From an uncultured virus (IMG/VR IMGVR_UViG_3300042887_000814) (taxonomy: Duplodnaviria > Heunggongvirae > Uroviricota > Caudoviricetes): 20,000 bases of DNA. Each line of letters opens with the position of its first letter. Positions within the stretch are counted from its first letter, which is position 1. This document shows positions 1-8,677 of the stretch, in pieces. Location of the stretch: IMG/VR virus record IMGVR_UViG_3300042887_000814, positions 55,571 through 75,570 of that record; one strand, 5' to 3'. The notes beneath the pieces are model-generated. The model was not told where the DNA came from. It did not search any database and saw nothing but the letters and a program-made list of their open reading frames with translations. The position numbers and the translations under genes are program-made.

Positions 1-379
1 CTAATGCAGGTAGTTCTTTAACTAACATGTCGTTAACTTCTTCGATCATCTTTTGAATGCTGTCAAGCATATCTTGTGCTGCCAAGATGACCTGTGATTT
101 TTCGACTTCTTCATTCTCAACAACTATTCTAGCAGCCTTAGTATTCTTGTAATGCTCAGTAAGTGCCTGAGCCATGAATACTAATTTCATGTATGAAGGG
201 CTAGCATGATTCTTGTAGAAATCAGGGCTTGCTTTAGCCTCTTTGATGAGACCGAATACTCGTTCCATCATGGCTTTAGTTTGTGCGCGATTCAATCTTG
301 ACATGTCAAGGTTGACATCGAAATTAGCCTTAAGGGCTTGTTCTGCTACGTTTGTTTTATCTAGTTCATTGAGTCTCAT
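1..379 (-). CDS. Hypothetical late protein, possibly an internal head or scaffold-like protein (partial; runs off the window start)
   Basis: Not in the ORF track. Manual translation from ATG 379 is open to the window edge: MRLNELDKTNVAEQALKANFDVNLDMSRLNRAQTKAMMERVFGLIKEAK...IVVENEEVEKSQVILAAQDMLDSIQKMIEEVNDMLVKELPAL. Helical and acidic, with (I/L/V)xE motifs and GATAAATA upstream. Confidence 0.75.
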   Translation of the reverse strand, partial: MRLNELDKTNVAEQALKANFDVNLDMSRLNRAQTKAMMERVFGLIKEAKASPDFYKNHASPSYMKLVFMAQALTEHYKNTKAARIVVENEEVEKSQVILAAQDMLDSIQKMIEEVNDMLVKELPAL

Positions 380-404
380 GGTTAAAATCCCACATTAATA
401 GTTA

Positions 405-412
405 TATTTATC
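405..412 (-). promoter_or_regulatory. T4-late-type promoter GATAAATA
   Basis: One mismatch to TATAAATA, in the short intergenic gap upstream of ATG 379; the motif recurs before other putative structural genes. Confidence 0.6.
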
Positions 413-421
413 AAGAATCTG

Positions 422-880
422 TTACTTTTCATCCTTAGATTCTTGATACTTTTTAGTCTGTATATGCTTGGACATAGATGCATATGCTTCTATCTCTTTC
501 AAAGCATTTTTCCTTCTAAGTTGGTCTTCTAACAATTTTGCTAGATAGATAAACTTATCAGGAATATCCCTGCTATTCATCAGCTTTTTGTGCTGTGCTA
601 TAGATACTTCTAAACCGCCTATGTAGCGATCTAATTCTTTAAGTCTTTTGGTCTCTTTATCTTTTCGATTCTTCTCAAACACACAATAGGTTACTGCATA
701 TTTAAGTGTGGAAAATTCTATTTGTTCTGCATATGGATCTAGCATATTGACAACCTTGAATATACCGGTCTTTTCAGGGTTTATTATATAGGTGCCAAAA
801 AGGTTATAACTACCGTCATACTCCTTGACGATAAACATGTCCTTTATCTTGTTCGCTAGATAAGACTTATTCATATTCAT
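422..880 (-). CDS. Hypothetical phage protein (about 150 aa)
   Basis: Track ORF 422..889; ATG 880 or 874 overlapping the end of the upstream gene is the likelier start. No motif recognised. Confidence 0.7.
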   Translation of the reverse strand: MNMNKSYLANKIKDMFIVKEYDGSYNLFGTYIINPEKTGIFKVVNMLDPYAEQIEFSTLKYAVTYCVFEKNRKDKETKRLKELDRYIGGLEVSIAQHKKLMNSRDIPDKFIYLAKLLEDQLRRKNALKEIEAYASMSKHIQTKKYQESKDEK

Positions 881-1319
881 ATTTAACAAAATATATGTTC
901 CTTTTTTCCAAAGTTATATCAAGTTTTTGTCCTGACTTGTGCCATTGACTATCACATTGAATCATGGGCACCCCGTCACAATCTTTATATAATGATCCTA
1001 AATCAGAAATTCCATCTTCAAACACACGATTATGCTGTACTTCAAAATCAAACTTCCATACAGGAACTCTGATATCTTCTTGTAGCATAGTTCCGAAATA
1101 TGACTCTTTATCTAAATCAATCTCTAACCGCACAGGATCGTTGATGACATCGGGCTGGGCTCGCAATGATATAACTTGCAATATAGTATCAAAATTGCAT
1201 TGTGTGTTGCGATTTCTATACCAATCATTCACATCTTTTACATCATCCCCCGGCCTTGCGCGATTCAATACACCTGTCTTTGTAATGTCAAATAACGTAT
1301 AGCAGGAAATCCTGTGCAT
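867..1319 (-). CDS. Hypothetical late protein (150 aa)
   Basis: ORF tiles between neighbours; TAAATA lies 5 nt before the ATG. Confidence 0.75.
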   Translation of the reverse strand: MHRISCYTLFDITKTGVLNRARPGDDVKDVNDWYRNRNTQCNFDTILQVISLRAQPDVINDPVRLEIDLDKESYFGTMLQEDIRVPVWKFDFEVQHNRVFEDGISDLGSLYKDCDGVPMIQCDSQWHKSGQKLDITLEKRNIYFVKYEYE

Positions 1320-1324
1320 GTTGT

Positions 1325-1331
1325 TATTTAA
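1325..1331 (-). promoter_or_regulatory. Late-type promoter TTAAATA
   Basis: TTAAATA-ACAAC-ATG directly after the terminator; no Shine-Dalgarno. Confidence 0.5.
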
Positions 1332-1334
1332 GGC

Positions 1335-1365
1335 AAAAAAAAGACCCGAGAATAAATCTCGGGTC
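1335..1365 (-). terminator. Rho-independent terminator
   Basis: GACCCGAGA-TTTAT-TCTCGGGTC perfect 9-bp stem followed by T8 on the minus strand, just downstream of the 126-aa gene. Confidence 0.9.
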
Positions 1366-1391
1366 CTTTGTTTGTTAACTTAAACTAATGA

Positions 1392-1772
1392 TTAGTTAGT
1401 GAAAGTTGCTGATGATGCTACAGTTACAGCATTTGCCCAAGCGGGACCATCTGCGTTCTCTAGTGCTAATACTAGAGCAGCAGGTGTCCATGCACCAGTT
1501 GGGTATATAGCGAATGCTAATGTGTCGTTAGCTGCGTCTGTATACTCATAGATGTGGATAGTTGCTAATTGCTGAATCGCTTGAATTGCTGAGTTAACTT
1601 GTGTAGTTGTCAAAGCACCGTTTGCAGTTGCAGTGAAGAAGTCCAACTTTGGACCTTGTGGCTGAACTGTCAAGGCTGAAGAAACTGCGTTAACGCCTGA
1701 ATTTGTGTAATCTGGCTGATCTAACCATAGAACTGGCTTAAGATCACCATTAACTCTTGTAAATTGTGCCAT
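1392..1772 (-). CDS. Putative abundant virion structural protein, e.g. head decoration (126 aa)
   Basis: Ala/Thr/Asn-rich, starts MAQFTRVNG; own late promoter, strong TAGGAG RBS and own terminator. Structural role is inferred. Confidence 0.6.
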   Translation of the reverse strand: MAQFTRVNGDLKPVLWLDQPDYTNSGVNAVSSALTVQPQGPKLDFFTATANGALTTTQVNSAIQAIQQLATIHIYEYTDAANDTLAFAIYPTGAWTPAALVLALENADGPAWANAVTVASSATFTN

Positions 1773-1815
1773 TTTAAAATCTCCTAATGTTGTGAGACCT
1801 ACTGTCTCATACTAT

Positions 1816-1823
1816 TATTTATG
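1816..1823 (-). promoter_or_regulatory. Late-type promoter CATAAATA
   Basis: CATAAATA followed by a leader hairpin (1793-1809), RBS TAGGAG and ATG 1772. Confidence 0.65.
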
Positions 1824-1849
1824 CCTGGCACAAAAAAATGTTGGTTTGG

Positions 1850-3022
1850 CTAGCGTTGGCCAGCAAGATTTTGACGGCTGAAGCCCATTCTATCTACAAA
1901 TTTCAAACCATTTGACACAAAACCTTCTTGACTTTGCTGGCCACTCTGTAGATAGCCTTTGACGGGGCTTTGTTCTGCTTGCTGTGCTAGTTGTTGTACG
2001 ACTTGATTCTTAAGATTATAGATAGCCACCCATATGCTAAACAGACCCTGCACCCCTGCTTTGTTAGCATTGATATGATCTGATAGTTTTTGCTTCATAG
2101 TAGGAGTCATGGGTCTAGTCTCAAAATAATCCATGAATCCAGAAGCCATGTCATTTAGATCGCCCGAGACGATTTTCTTATTGATATATGTAGTGAATAG
2201 TTGATTGAATGTATTTCTAGCCTGCGGTGCTTGCATTAGTTTTTGCACAGCAGGACCATGTTGACGTATAGCAGCCTTAGCGTCATTGACTAAGCCTTGA
2301 TCTAACTTTACATTAGGAACTATAGGCATAGCACTAGGAATGATAGCGACATCGCTATCATTCTTTAATTGCCCTATCGTTCCATTCAATGGTGTTGATT
2401 CATCTGTAGTAGCGGCATTAGCAGGTATAAACTGATGCACAGCAATACCCGCAGTCTTACCTGTGATCAATTTACCTATATCGCTATCGACATCTACTGT
2501 ATACGCTATACCGTTAGGGTTCGCTTTAAACTTATACAGACCTTTTTGATCTTGTAAAGGTTTGCCGAAGAGCAAGTCGCCCCAGTAGTAGCCCTTAGTT
2601 CCTTGACTTGCTTTTTCAAGACCGGGCCATATGTTTGTAATGAGAGTATTAAGTTCACCGCGATCCACCCCCCTCGCTCTATCGTATTCTATAAATTCTT
2701 CTGCGCTGTGTACGTTGCGACCTGACATGTCTTTCTTATTAAACATGTGTTTGTCCATAATGCTGAATTTGCCGTCTGGACCATGACCGAATATCAACGC
2801 TGGATACCCATCCCATTTAATAGTGATTGTTTTAGGATTCTTAGCAGTAGCCAATATAGAATTAACTGCTTGATTTGCACCCGCAACGTCTCCTAATACT
2901 ACTAAATCTTCTGGATGATCGAGGTGCCCCTTGCCTTCTTTTAGGCGCAAAGCATCCTGATCAAATTGACGCATCCTTTCACGAATATGCTGAAAGAATT
3001 CTTGTTCGTTATTGAAATTCAT
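1850..3022 (-). CDS. ATP-dependent ligase-fold nucleotidyltransferase (RNA-ligase-like, DUF6267-like), about 390 aa
   Basis: Motif I TIKWDG, motif III-like YWGDLLF, motif IV EGFV, motif V-like LKFVDR. ATG 3022 immediately follows the upstream TAA, so it is preferred to the track start at 3073. Confidence 0.65.
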   Translation of the reverse strand: MNFNNEQEFFQHIRERMRQFDQDALRLKEGKGHLDHPEDLVVLGDVAGANQAVNSILATAKNPKTITIKWDGYPALIFGHGPDGKFSIMDKHMFNKKDMSGRNVHSAEEFIEYDRARGVDRGELNTLITNIWPGLEKASQGTKGYYWGDLLFGKPLQDQKGLYKFKANPNGIAYTVDVDSDIGKLITGKTAGIAVHQFIPANAATTDESTPLNGTIGQLKNDSDVAIIPSAMPIVPNVKLDQGLVNDAKAAIRQHGPAVQKLMQAPQARNTFNQLFTTYINKKIVSGDLNDMASGFMDYFETRPMTPTMKQKLSDHINANKAGVQGLFSIWVAIYNLKNQVVQQLAQQAEQSPVKGYLQSGQQSQEGFVSNGLKFVDRMGFSRQNLAGQR

Positions 3023-3023
3023 T

Positions 3024-4241
3024 TTAAGGTTGAGTGTCTTGTTTTCTACCTTGGTCTGAAACAGCCCAAGCAATTTGTGCTATATCAGTCAAGTCTTTGT
3101 TCAAGGTTTTACCCTTTAAACTTTGTGGCATACGTTTTAGTATGTCATCAACCTGTTGCTGTGAGGATCCTAAATTGATCCCTCTCAAGAAGCCCTTCAT
3201 GAAATTATCGCGGAACCATGCGCCTAGGCTAGGTTTACCTGATGGTGCTGCTGGTTGACCTGCTGCCGGTGCTGCGCCTTGTGCTGGGGCAGTGCTTGCG
3301 GCTGCTGGTTGACCCGGACGCTTAAACACGCCCTTGATCTTATCCATGATACCTTCATTAGTTCTTAAGAACTTATCTCTATCTTCTCTTTCTTTCTTTT
3401 GTTTTGCGATCAATGCCTCTATGCGCTTGACCGCTAGATCAGGATCATATCCTGATTTCTTCAATGCGTTTCTAAATCTTTCTACTGACGTTAACTTATT
3501 GTAAATCTCTTCTAGTCTATCTTCGCTAATAGTTTTTTGCTTATTTCCCTTAGCATATTGACCCATGAACTGCTGGTGCAAGTTTTTAACATCGTAACCA
3601 GCGTTGTCTAACTTAAGAATCTTGTCGCCTACACGTATCAAGTAATCCTTATTAAGGGCAACATTTGCAAGATCCTTAGTAATTTCTTGTGCTATTTTTG
3701 ATGTTGGAGGAAGCGGTTTAGTTCCGGCTGGCTGTAACTTTCTCATTGCGCTAACAATCTTATCTACATTGACATCAATTTCTGGCTTGGCTGCTCCCTG
3801 CTTTTGACCAGTAGGTACTGCTTGATTACCGGGTGCTTTACCTCCGGGCTGTACAGCCTTTACTGGCGGGGCGGCACCGGGTTGGGCACCTGCGGCAGTA
3901 CCGGGGGCTTGTGTTGCTGTTCCTCCTGCTTGAGGTGCGCTAGGTGTTGTTCCTGCGCTCGGCGTAGTGGGTTGTGCTGTTGCATTACCGGCTCCTAAAT
4001 CAGTTGAATCAACGTCTACCAGTCCCTGCTGAATAGCAGTGTTTAACGCATTAGCACCTCTACTAACGAATTTTTGTACGAATGTATCCTGTGCCAGTTG
4101 ATCTTCTGCACTTAATCCTGACTTCTTGGCTCTTGCCATAGCACTACCTACACCTTGTGTATTAGTACCTTGCGCTGATGCGACTGTACCGGCCAGACCT
4201 CTAGCGAGATTCTGGAACGTATTTAACTCATTGATTCTCAT
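3024..4241 (-). CDS. Putative internal head protein with Pro/Ala/Gly/Gln-rich linkers (405 aa)
   Basis: Starts MRINEL; internal TISED and TNEGIMDKIKG; low-complexity linkers; in the late operon. Confidence 0.6.
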   Translation of the reverse strand: MRINELNTFQNLARGLAGTVASAQGTNTQGVGSAMARAKKSGLSAEDQLAQDTFVQKFVSRGANALNTAIQQGLVDVDSTDLGAGNATAQPTTPSAGTTPSAPQAGGTATQAPGTAAGAQPGAAPPVKAVQPGGKAPGNQAVPTGQKQGAAKPEIDVNVDKIVSAMRKLQPAGTKPLPPTSKIAQEITKDLANVALNKDYLIRVGDKILKLDNAGYDVKNLHQQFMGQYAKGNKQKTISEDRLEEIYNKLTSVERFRNALKKSGYDPDLAVKRIEALIAKQKKEREDRDKFLRTNEGIMDKIKGVFKRPGQPAAASTAPAQGAAPAAGQPAAPSGKPSLGAWFRDNFMKGFLRGINLGSSQQQVDDILKRMPQSLKGKTLNKDLTDIAQIAWAVSDQGRKQDTQP

Positions 4242-4476
4242 CTTTCTTCCTCAGTGACTTAGCGAACCTTGCCGCGTCCTTGCCCTTGATAGCACTTAAT
4301 AGTTTTTTCTCAAGTACTTCGGCTTTGTCTGGGGAGTATTGACGATTGATTAATTCTAATAGATTAATGGCACTGGTAATAACATTGTGAGCCCTGCTCT
4401 CAATGATGTGATTCATATCACGGTTATTACCGATCAATTCCAGTTCTTCTAGAAGGCTACGGGTACGCTTTTGCAT
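4228..4476 (-). CDS. Hypothetical late protein (82 aa)
   Basis: AAGGA RBS and GATAAATA upstream; helical; overlaps the next gene start. Confidence 0.75.
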   Translation of the reverse strand: MQKRTRSLLEELELIGNNRDMNHIIESRAHNVITSAINLLELINRQYSPDKAEVLEKKLLSAIKGKDAARFAKSLRKKDENQ

Positions 4477-4492
4477 AGTTCTTTCCTTACAG

Positions 4493-4500
4493 TATTTATC
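4493..4500 (-). promoter_or_regulatory. Late-type promoter GATAAATA
   Basis: In the gap between the helicase stop and the 82-aa gene. Confidence 0.65.
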
Positions 4501-4514
4501 TGGAATAGGATCTT

Positions 4515-5936
4515 TTATTTCTTAAGTGACGCCAATAAACTCTTGAGTTTTGCGCTCTGTACGTCGGGTACAACCTTACCTGAATCAGGAGTTATCTCCC
4601 CTGTTATAGGATCAGTTTTCTCGGCAGTCTGAGTAGTTCCTACTTCGCTAGTAGTCTTGATTTTCTGCATTAACTGCGCTCCTGAGGGCTGAACCTTATA
4701 GGAATCATCGGATCCGTCATCTGTGATTCGTAATGTTTCTACGTCAAATTTGAGTTCGATTTTTTGACCTACCCCGGAACTACTACGTGTCTTCATCAAT
4801 TGAATCTGATAAAGTCCACGCTCACGCATACTACGGCTAGTAAAGATACCAAAAACATTGTCCGCAGTATTAATCTTACTAATACCACCTGAGATATGAC
4901 TGTGATCAAATTCGATCTCTTCAACGGCTGATCTGTTAAGTTGTGATGCTGTGACGAATAAGACATTTAATTCCTTTGCTAGATTTCTAAGTTCTTCAGA
5001 TACATACTTATCCTTTACGAACAAGTCGCTTGGACTTACTTTTGCGCTGACTGGCATGATCAAATCAAGATAGTCGATACACAAGAAGTCAACCTTCATG
5101 CCTGTCTGTATCTGTAATTCCTTGACATATGCTCTGATATCATTGACGTTGCTTTGTGCTGGCATATATTTGATGCGCAAGTTACCAGACTTCTTAGCAA
5201 CCATCTTGACTTTCATCTCAACATTATCAATATCTTTAAAAATCTCGCGACTACTAGTGTCAGTCATCATACTATCAATACGCATTGAACACAATCCTTC
5301 ACTCAATTCAAGTGTGACGTATACTCCGCTAAGTCCCGCTTGTGCCCAATTAACTGCAAGATTTTGCATGATCAAACTCTTACCAGAACCTGATCCACCT
5401 GCAAAGATTTGCAGTTCACCTCGATTGAAACCACCATACAATTTCTGATCAAGTATAGGCCAACCTGTGCTGTTTTGACCGTTATTAGATTTTAGTGCCA
5501 TCAATCTACTACGAGGATCAGCAAAGTAATCAGTACCTAAATCCTTCTGTAGAGAAATCTGAACTGCTTCTTTGATCAGTTTCTCTACAGGTCCATATTC
5601 GCCCTTCTCAAGTAAGTCTGCACTCTTAAGAATAGCCCTCTCAAGTTCTTGTCGCTTAGTGAATGCTTCGAATTCTTCTAAGAACCAATCATAATGTCCT
5701 TCGTCAAGTTCCTCTAATCGTTCAGTAGATACATCAGTCGTTGCCTTAATCTGTATAGGATCTGGCATGACATTATATTTTTTAGTATGATCTATTATGA
5801 ACTCTGCAACCGGTCGCAATCTACGATCAAAGTTTTCTGCATTCATGATGTTCATCACGCGAGTATAAAGTTCTGCGTTCGTGACCATCATTCTCAGAAA
5901 CAATGTCTGTACATCAATGTTATAGTCGTTTATCAA
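4515..5936 (-). CDS. dnaB: Replicative DnaB-family helicase (T4 gp41-like)
   Basis: Walker A AGGSGSGKS, VTLEL, Walker B IDYLDL, TASQLNRSA, KTRSS; adjacent to the primase. Confidence 0.93.
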   Translation of the reverse strand: MINDYNIDVQTLFLRMMVTNAELYTRVMNIMNAENFDRRLRPVAEFIIDHTKKYNVMPDPIQIKATTDVSTERLEELDEGHYDWFLEEFEAFTKRQELERAILKSADLLEKGEYGPVEKLIKEAVQISLQKDLGTDYFADPRSRLMALKSNNGQNSTGWPILDQKLYGGFNRGELQIFAGGSGSGKSLIMQNLAVNWAQAGLSGVYVTLELSEGLCSMRIDSMMTDTSSREIFKDIDNVEMKVKMVAKKSGNLRIKYMPAQSNVNDIRAYVKELQIQTGMKVDFLCIDYLDLIMPVSAKVSPSDLFVKDKYVSEELRNLAKELNVLFVTASQLNRSAVEEIEFDHSHISGGISKINTADNVFGIFTSRSMRERGLYQIQLMKTRSSSGVGQKIELKFDVETLRITDDGSDDSYKVQPSGAQLMQKIKTTSEVGTTQTAEKTDPITGEITPDSGKVVPDVQSAKLKSLLASLKK

Positions 5937-6891
5937 GTTGTTTCCTCTTAATCTCTAATTTTATTTTGCTATTAGTCGCTGATTGCAAGATACTTAGTAA
6001 TGTAGCGAGTTTGCCATATTTTATTACTGCATCGTTTACGTCTTTGATTCCCGGTTCCCAATTAGGCATGCTAACTTGAAAACCAAAATCAAGTGCGCGA
6101 TTGATCACATCCATACCACTCTTATCTTGATCTGGAACTACTATGATCTTTCTATTCAAACGTCTCAATATCTCTGCCTGTTCTTCGTTGATACCATTAG
6201 TAGTCAATGCGCAACCATCTATACTCAATGCATCAAATATACCCTCAACTACAATACATACTTGCCATTCTGGCTTCTGCAAATCATAACCAAATAGATA
6301 ACCACTCTGTTGTTCGCTGATAAATTTAGGTTTTCGATCATCTAAGAACCTACTAGTGTGACCCACTATTTTATTTTCAAAAGTGAAGGGTATGATGATA
6401 CGATTGGCTTGCCTACCTTCTTCATCCGGAGTACACATGAAAGGATATCTACTTATATCTATCCTACGACCTCGTAGATAATCTACATAAACTTGGTGTT
6501 TAGGATTTTCAGAATCGATAACTTCTGCATCAGGCAAATCCATCTCTTTGAATTTAATTTTCTTCTTTTCGCGTTTAGCCTTTACAAAATCTAGCAAGTC
6601 TTTGTGTTGCAAACTTTCTAGGCTATACTTATTAATATCATCTGGATCCATGCCGCACCACGCCAGTAACTGGCGAGTGTTCTTAGTGAGTTGTTTACCC
6701 AACATAAACCCACATTTGAATCCACAATTAAAACAATGATAACTCCAGTTATCACTATCCATGTGTATGCCACCGCGGCCGCGCTTGTCAGCACCATGAC
6801 CTCGGTAGTGGCAACACACAGCGTTGAAACTATGCCAACCGCTTTGTGATAGTCTTTTCTTTCCTGGAACTATTTGAAGTATATCAAACAC
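5920..6891 (-). CDS. DNA primase (T4 gp61-like)
   Basis: N-terminal zinc-binding Cys/His (VCCH...YHCFNCG), RIIIPF, TOPRIM VVEGIFDA, PDQD, KDVNDA; GTG start. Confidence 0.9.
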   Translation of the reverse strand: MFDILQIVPGKKRLSQSGWHSFNAVCCHYRGHGADKRGRGGIHMDSDNWSYHCFNCGFKCGFMLGKQLTKNTRQLLAWCGMDPDDINKYSLESLQHKDLLDFVKAKREKKKIKFKEMDLPDAEVIDSENPKHQVYVDYLRGRRIDISRYPFMCTPDEEGRQANRIIIPFTFENKIVGHTSRFLDDRKPKFISEQQSGYLFGYDLQKPEWQVCIVVEGIFDALSIDGCALTTNGINEEQAEILRRLNRKIIVVPDQDKSGMDVINRALDFGFQVSMPNWEPGIKDVNDAVIKYGKLATLLSILQSATNSKIKLEIKRKQLDKRL

Positions 6892-6897
6892 ATTGTA

Positions 6898-6925
6898 ATT
6901 ATAACACCTTGCTACGTAAAAACAA
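6898..6925 (-). promoter_or_regulatory. sigma70-type promoter with extended -10
   Basis: TTGTTT-N16-TATAAT with TGn extension; 6 nt from the GTG of the primase. Confidence 0.6.
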
Positions 6926-6939
6926 AGCGTATCGGCAAA

Positions 6940-7740
6940 TCATCTTGCCAAAATGTTTGATACCACCCCGGTGTTGCTAGTGAATACCATTCTGATAAAT
7001 GGGTGATAACCTTTAATCGTGTAACCCACTGTTTCAGTAGTCTCAAGATATTCTTCTGAACGTATAGGATACCAGTCTGTGAGGCTGCTACTGAATGTTC
7101 CTTCTATCTCTACTTCACCGTTGAATTCATACAAGTGAGCCTGTAGCGTCAATATTGGATTATCATTGGTATTGATAACTGAACTGTAATATGTGTTAGC
7201 ATTTGATAATACATTATTAATGCTATTGTTACTATCGAGGTTAGGGAATGGCTGTCCTGTTGGAATAGTTACTATCTCGCTAGGCACAAAACTAGGGAGT
7301 ACGCTATCTACTACATTGATCTGACCACGCGCACCGGCAGCAGGGTCAACGAATACAGGATATCCAAATTGTCCTACCGGGATCTCTAAACTATAATGAC
7401 ACATCTGAGCAGGAATGTCTTCTATCTCTGCGGCATTAAGTTGTAGATATGCTATACCGGTCAATGGAAGTTCCAATGTCAATGCTTTTTTGATCAATAC
7501 TTCTGTACCATCGTAATTGATGATGCGACAAGTGATCTCTTTCCCTGTGATGTCAACTGGTTTTTGCTCTTGGTTCAAGAACTGAAACTGTAGTTTGTTA
7601 TCTACACCTTTGTGTAGATTCATTGTTTTTGCATATACTGGCATAAAGGCCCTCGGACTGTTTCCTGATAGTAGGACGACAATCTGACGTTGTGTAAATA
7701 CGAATGCTGGTGTCGAATATCTTACGGTGTTTACAGTCAC
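6940..7740 (-). CDS. Putative virion structural protein with BppU-like Ig/beta-sandwich domain (266 aa)
   Basis: LHKGVDNKLQFQFLNQEQKPVDITG...GIAYLQL pattern resembles BppU N-terminal domains; GAGGAG RBS and CTAAATA late-type promoter. Confidence 0.55.
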   Translation of the reverse strand: MTVNTVRYSTPAFVFTQRQIVVLLSGNSPRAFMPVYAKTMNLHKGVDNKLQFQFLNQEQKPVDITGKEITCRIINYDGTEVLIKKALTLELPLTGIAYLQLNAAEIEDIPAQMCHYSLEIPVGQFGYPVFVDPAAGARGQINVVDSVLPSFVPSEIVTIPTGQPFPNLDSNNSINNVLSNANTYYSSVINTNDNPILTLQAHLYEFNGEVEIEGTFSSSLTDWYPIRSEEYLETTETVGYTIKGYHPFIRMVFTSNTGVVSNILAR

Positions 7741-7758
7741 AAATGTCGCTCCTCAATG

Positions 7759-7765
7759 TATTTAG
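7759..7765 (-). promoter_or_regulatory. Late-type promoter CTAAATA
   Basis: Upstream of the GAGGAG RBS and GTG 7740. Confidence 0.5.
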
Positions 7766-7801
7766 TCGCATAAAAATAAAATATTTTAATGGTTGCCCAA
7801 T

Positions 7802-7809
7802 TATAAATA
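7802..7809 (+). promoter_or_regulatory. T4 late promoter TATAAATA (perfect consensus)
   Basis: Exact TATAAATA 7 nt before ATG 7817; divergent from the 7759-7765 site. Confidence 0.7.
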
Positions 7810-7816
7810 ATCTTCG

Positions 7817-8200
7817 ATGACGATATCAAGAGACTTTTTTAAAAAACTAAGCGACAATCACCCTTTCATTACGGTTGTCTCTTTCGCCAGCCAGGATTAT
7901 GTAGGAATAATGCAGAACCGTGACGATCAATGCACTAGCATTTACGACTATGGTTCTATAGTTGATGCGAAAATTAAGGAACTATTCTTAGAATTAGGGG
8001 ATGTCTGGTGGTGGGAAAGCAACCGTCAGATTCCTATAAATATCTTCCTTAAGGAAGATTGGAATCCGTTTAAGCCCTATCTTAGAACATTTAATAACAA
8101 GAATTTGACTATACTTCACGGCCCTATAGTCAGCCTTAATGAATTAAACAAGCGCAAAACTAAGCGCCGTAGCATCACATTAGTTAAAAGACTTCCTTAA
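7817..8200 (+). CDS. Hypothetical late protein (127 aa), the only plus-strand gene
   Basis: Fills an otherwise empty gap; perfect late promoter; WWWESNRQIPINIFL motif and basic C-terminus. Confidence 0.8.
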   Translation: MTISRDFFKKLSDNHPFITVVSFASQDYVGIMQNRDDQCTSIYDYGSIVDAKIKELFLELGDVWWWESNRQIPINIFLKEDWNPFKPYLRTFNNKNLTILHGPIVSLNELNKRKTKRRSITLVKRLP

Positions 8201-8677
8201 TCTTTTCTTTCTGCGATTTTTAGCCATCTCTAGGCTGAGTTTCGCCACCCTCGTATCATAGCAGATACCGTCTAAATGATCAAGTTCGTGCTGAAATACC
8301 CTAGCGATCAATCCTGTAAACTCAGCCTCGATCTGTTCCCCCATAGCATTATGATATCTGACTTTTATAGTCTCTGCTCTACGCACACGCAACCATAGAT
8401 CAGGGAAACTTAGACAACCCTCTTGATCCATGATATTTCCGCTAGCATCTAGTATCTCAGGATTCACACAAGCGTATAACCTGTCTTGATTTCCCATGAC
8501 AAATATGCGCTTGTTTATTCCTACTTGGGGGGCAGCAAGGCCTATACCATTGTGTTCCATCATCACTTTGATCATGTGTCTAACTAATTCGTTAGGATCA
8601 CCGTCATTAACGAAGCACCATGGATTGGCTGTTTGCCTAAGTACTTCGTCTGTTTCTTTAACTAATTGTAAGTCCAT
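8180..8677 (-). CDS. def: Peptide deformylase
   Basis: All three PDF motifs: GIGLAAPQVG, EGCLS, QHELDHLDG. Confidence 0.96.
   Translation of the reverse strand: MDLQLVKETDEVLRQTANPWCFVNDGDPNELVRHMIKVMMEHNGIGLAAPQVGINKRIFVMGNQDRLYACVNPEILDASGNIMDQEGCLSFPDLWLRVRRAETIKVRYHNAMGEQIEAEFTGLIARVFQHELDHLDGICYDTRVAKLSLEMAKNRRKKRLRKSFN

Noticed and set aside
3240..3990. GC-rich quasi-repeats as a mobile element or DNA repeat array
   Set aside because: Explained by Pro/Ala/Gly codons in the linkers of the 405-aa protein.
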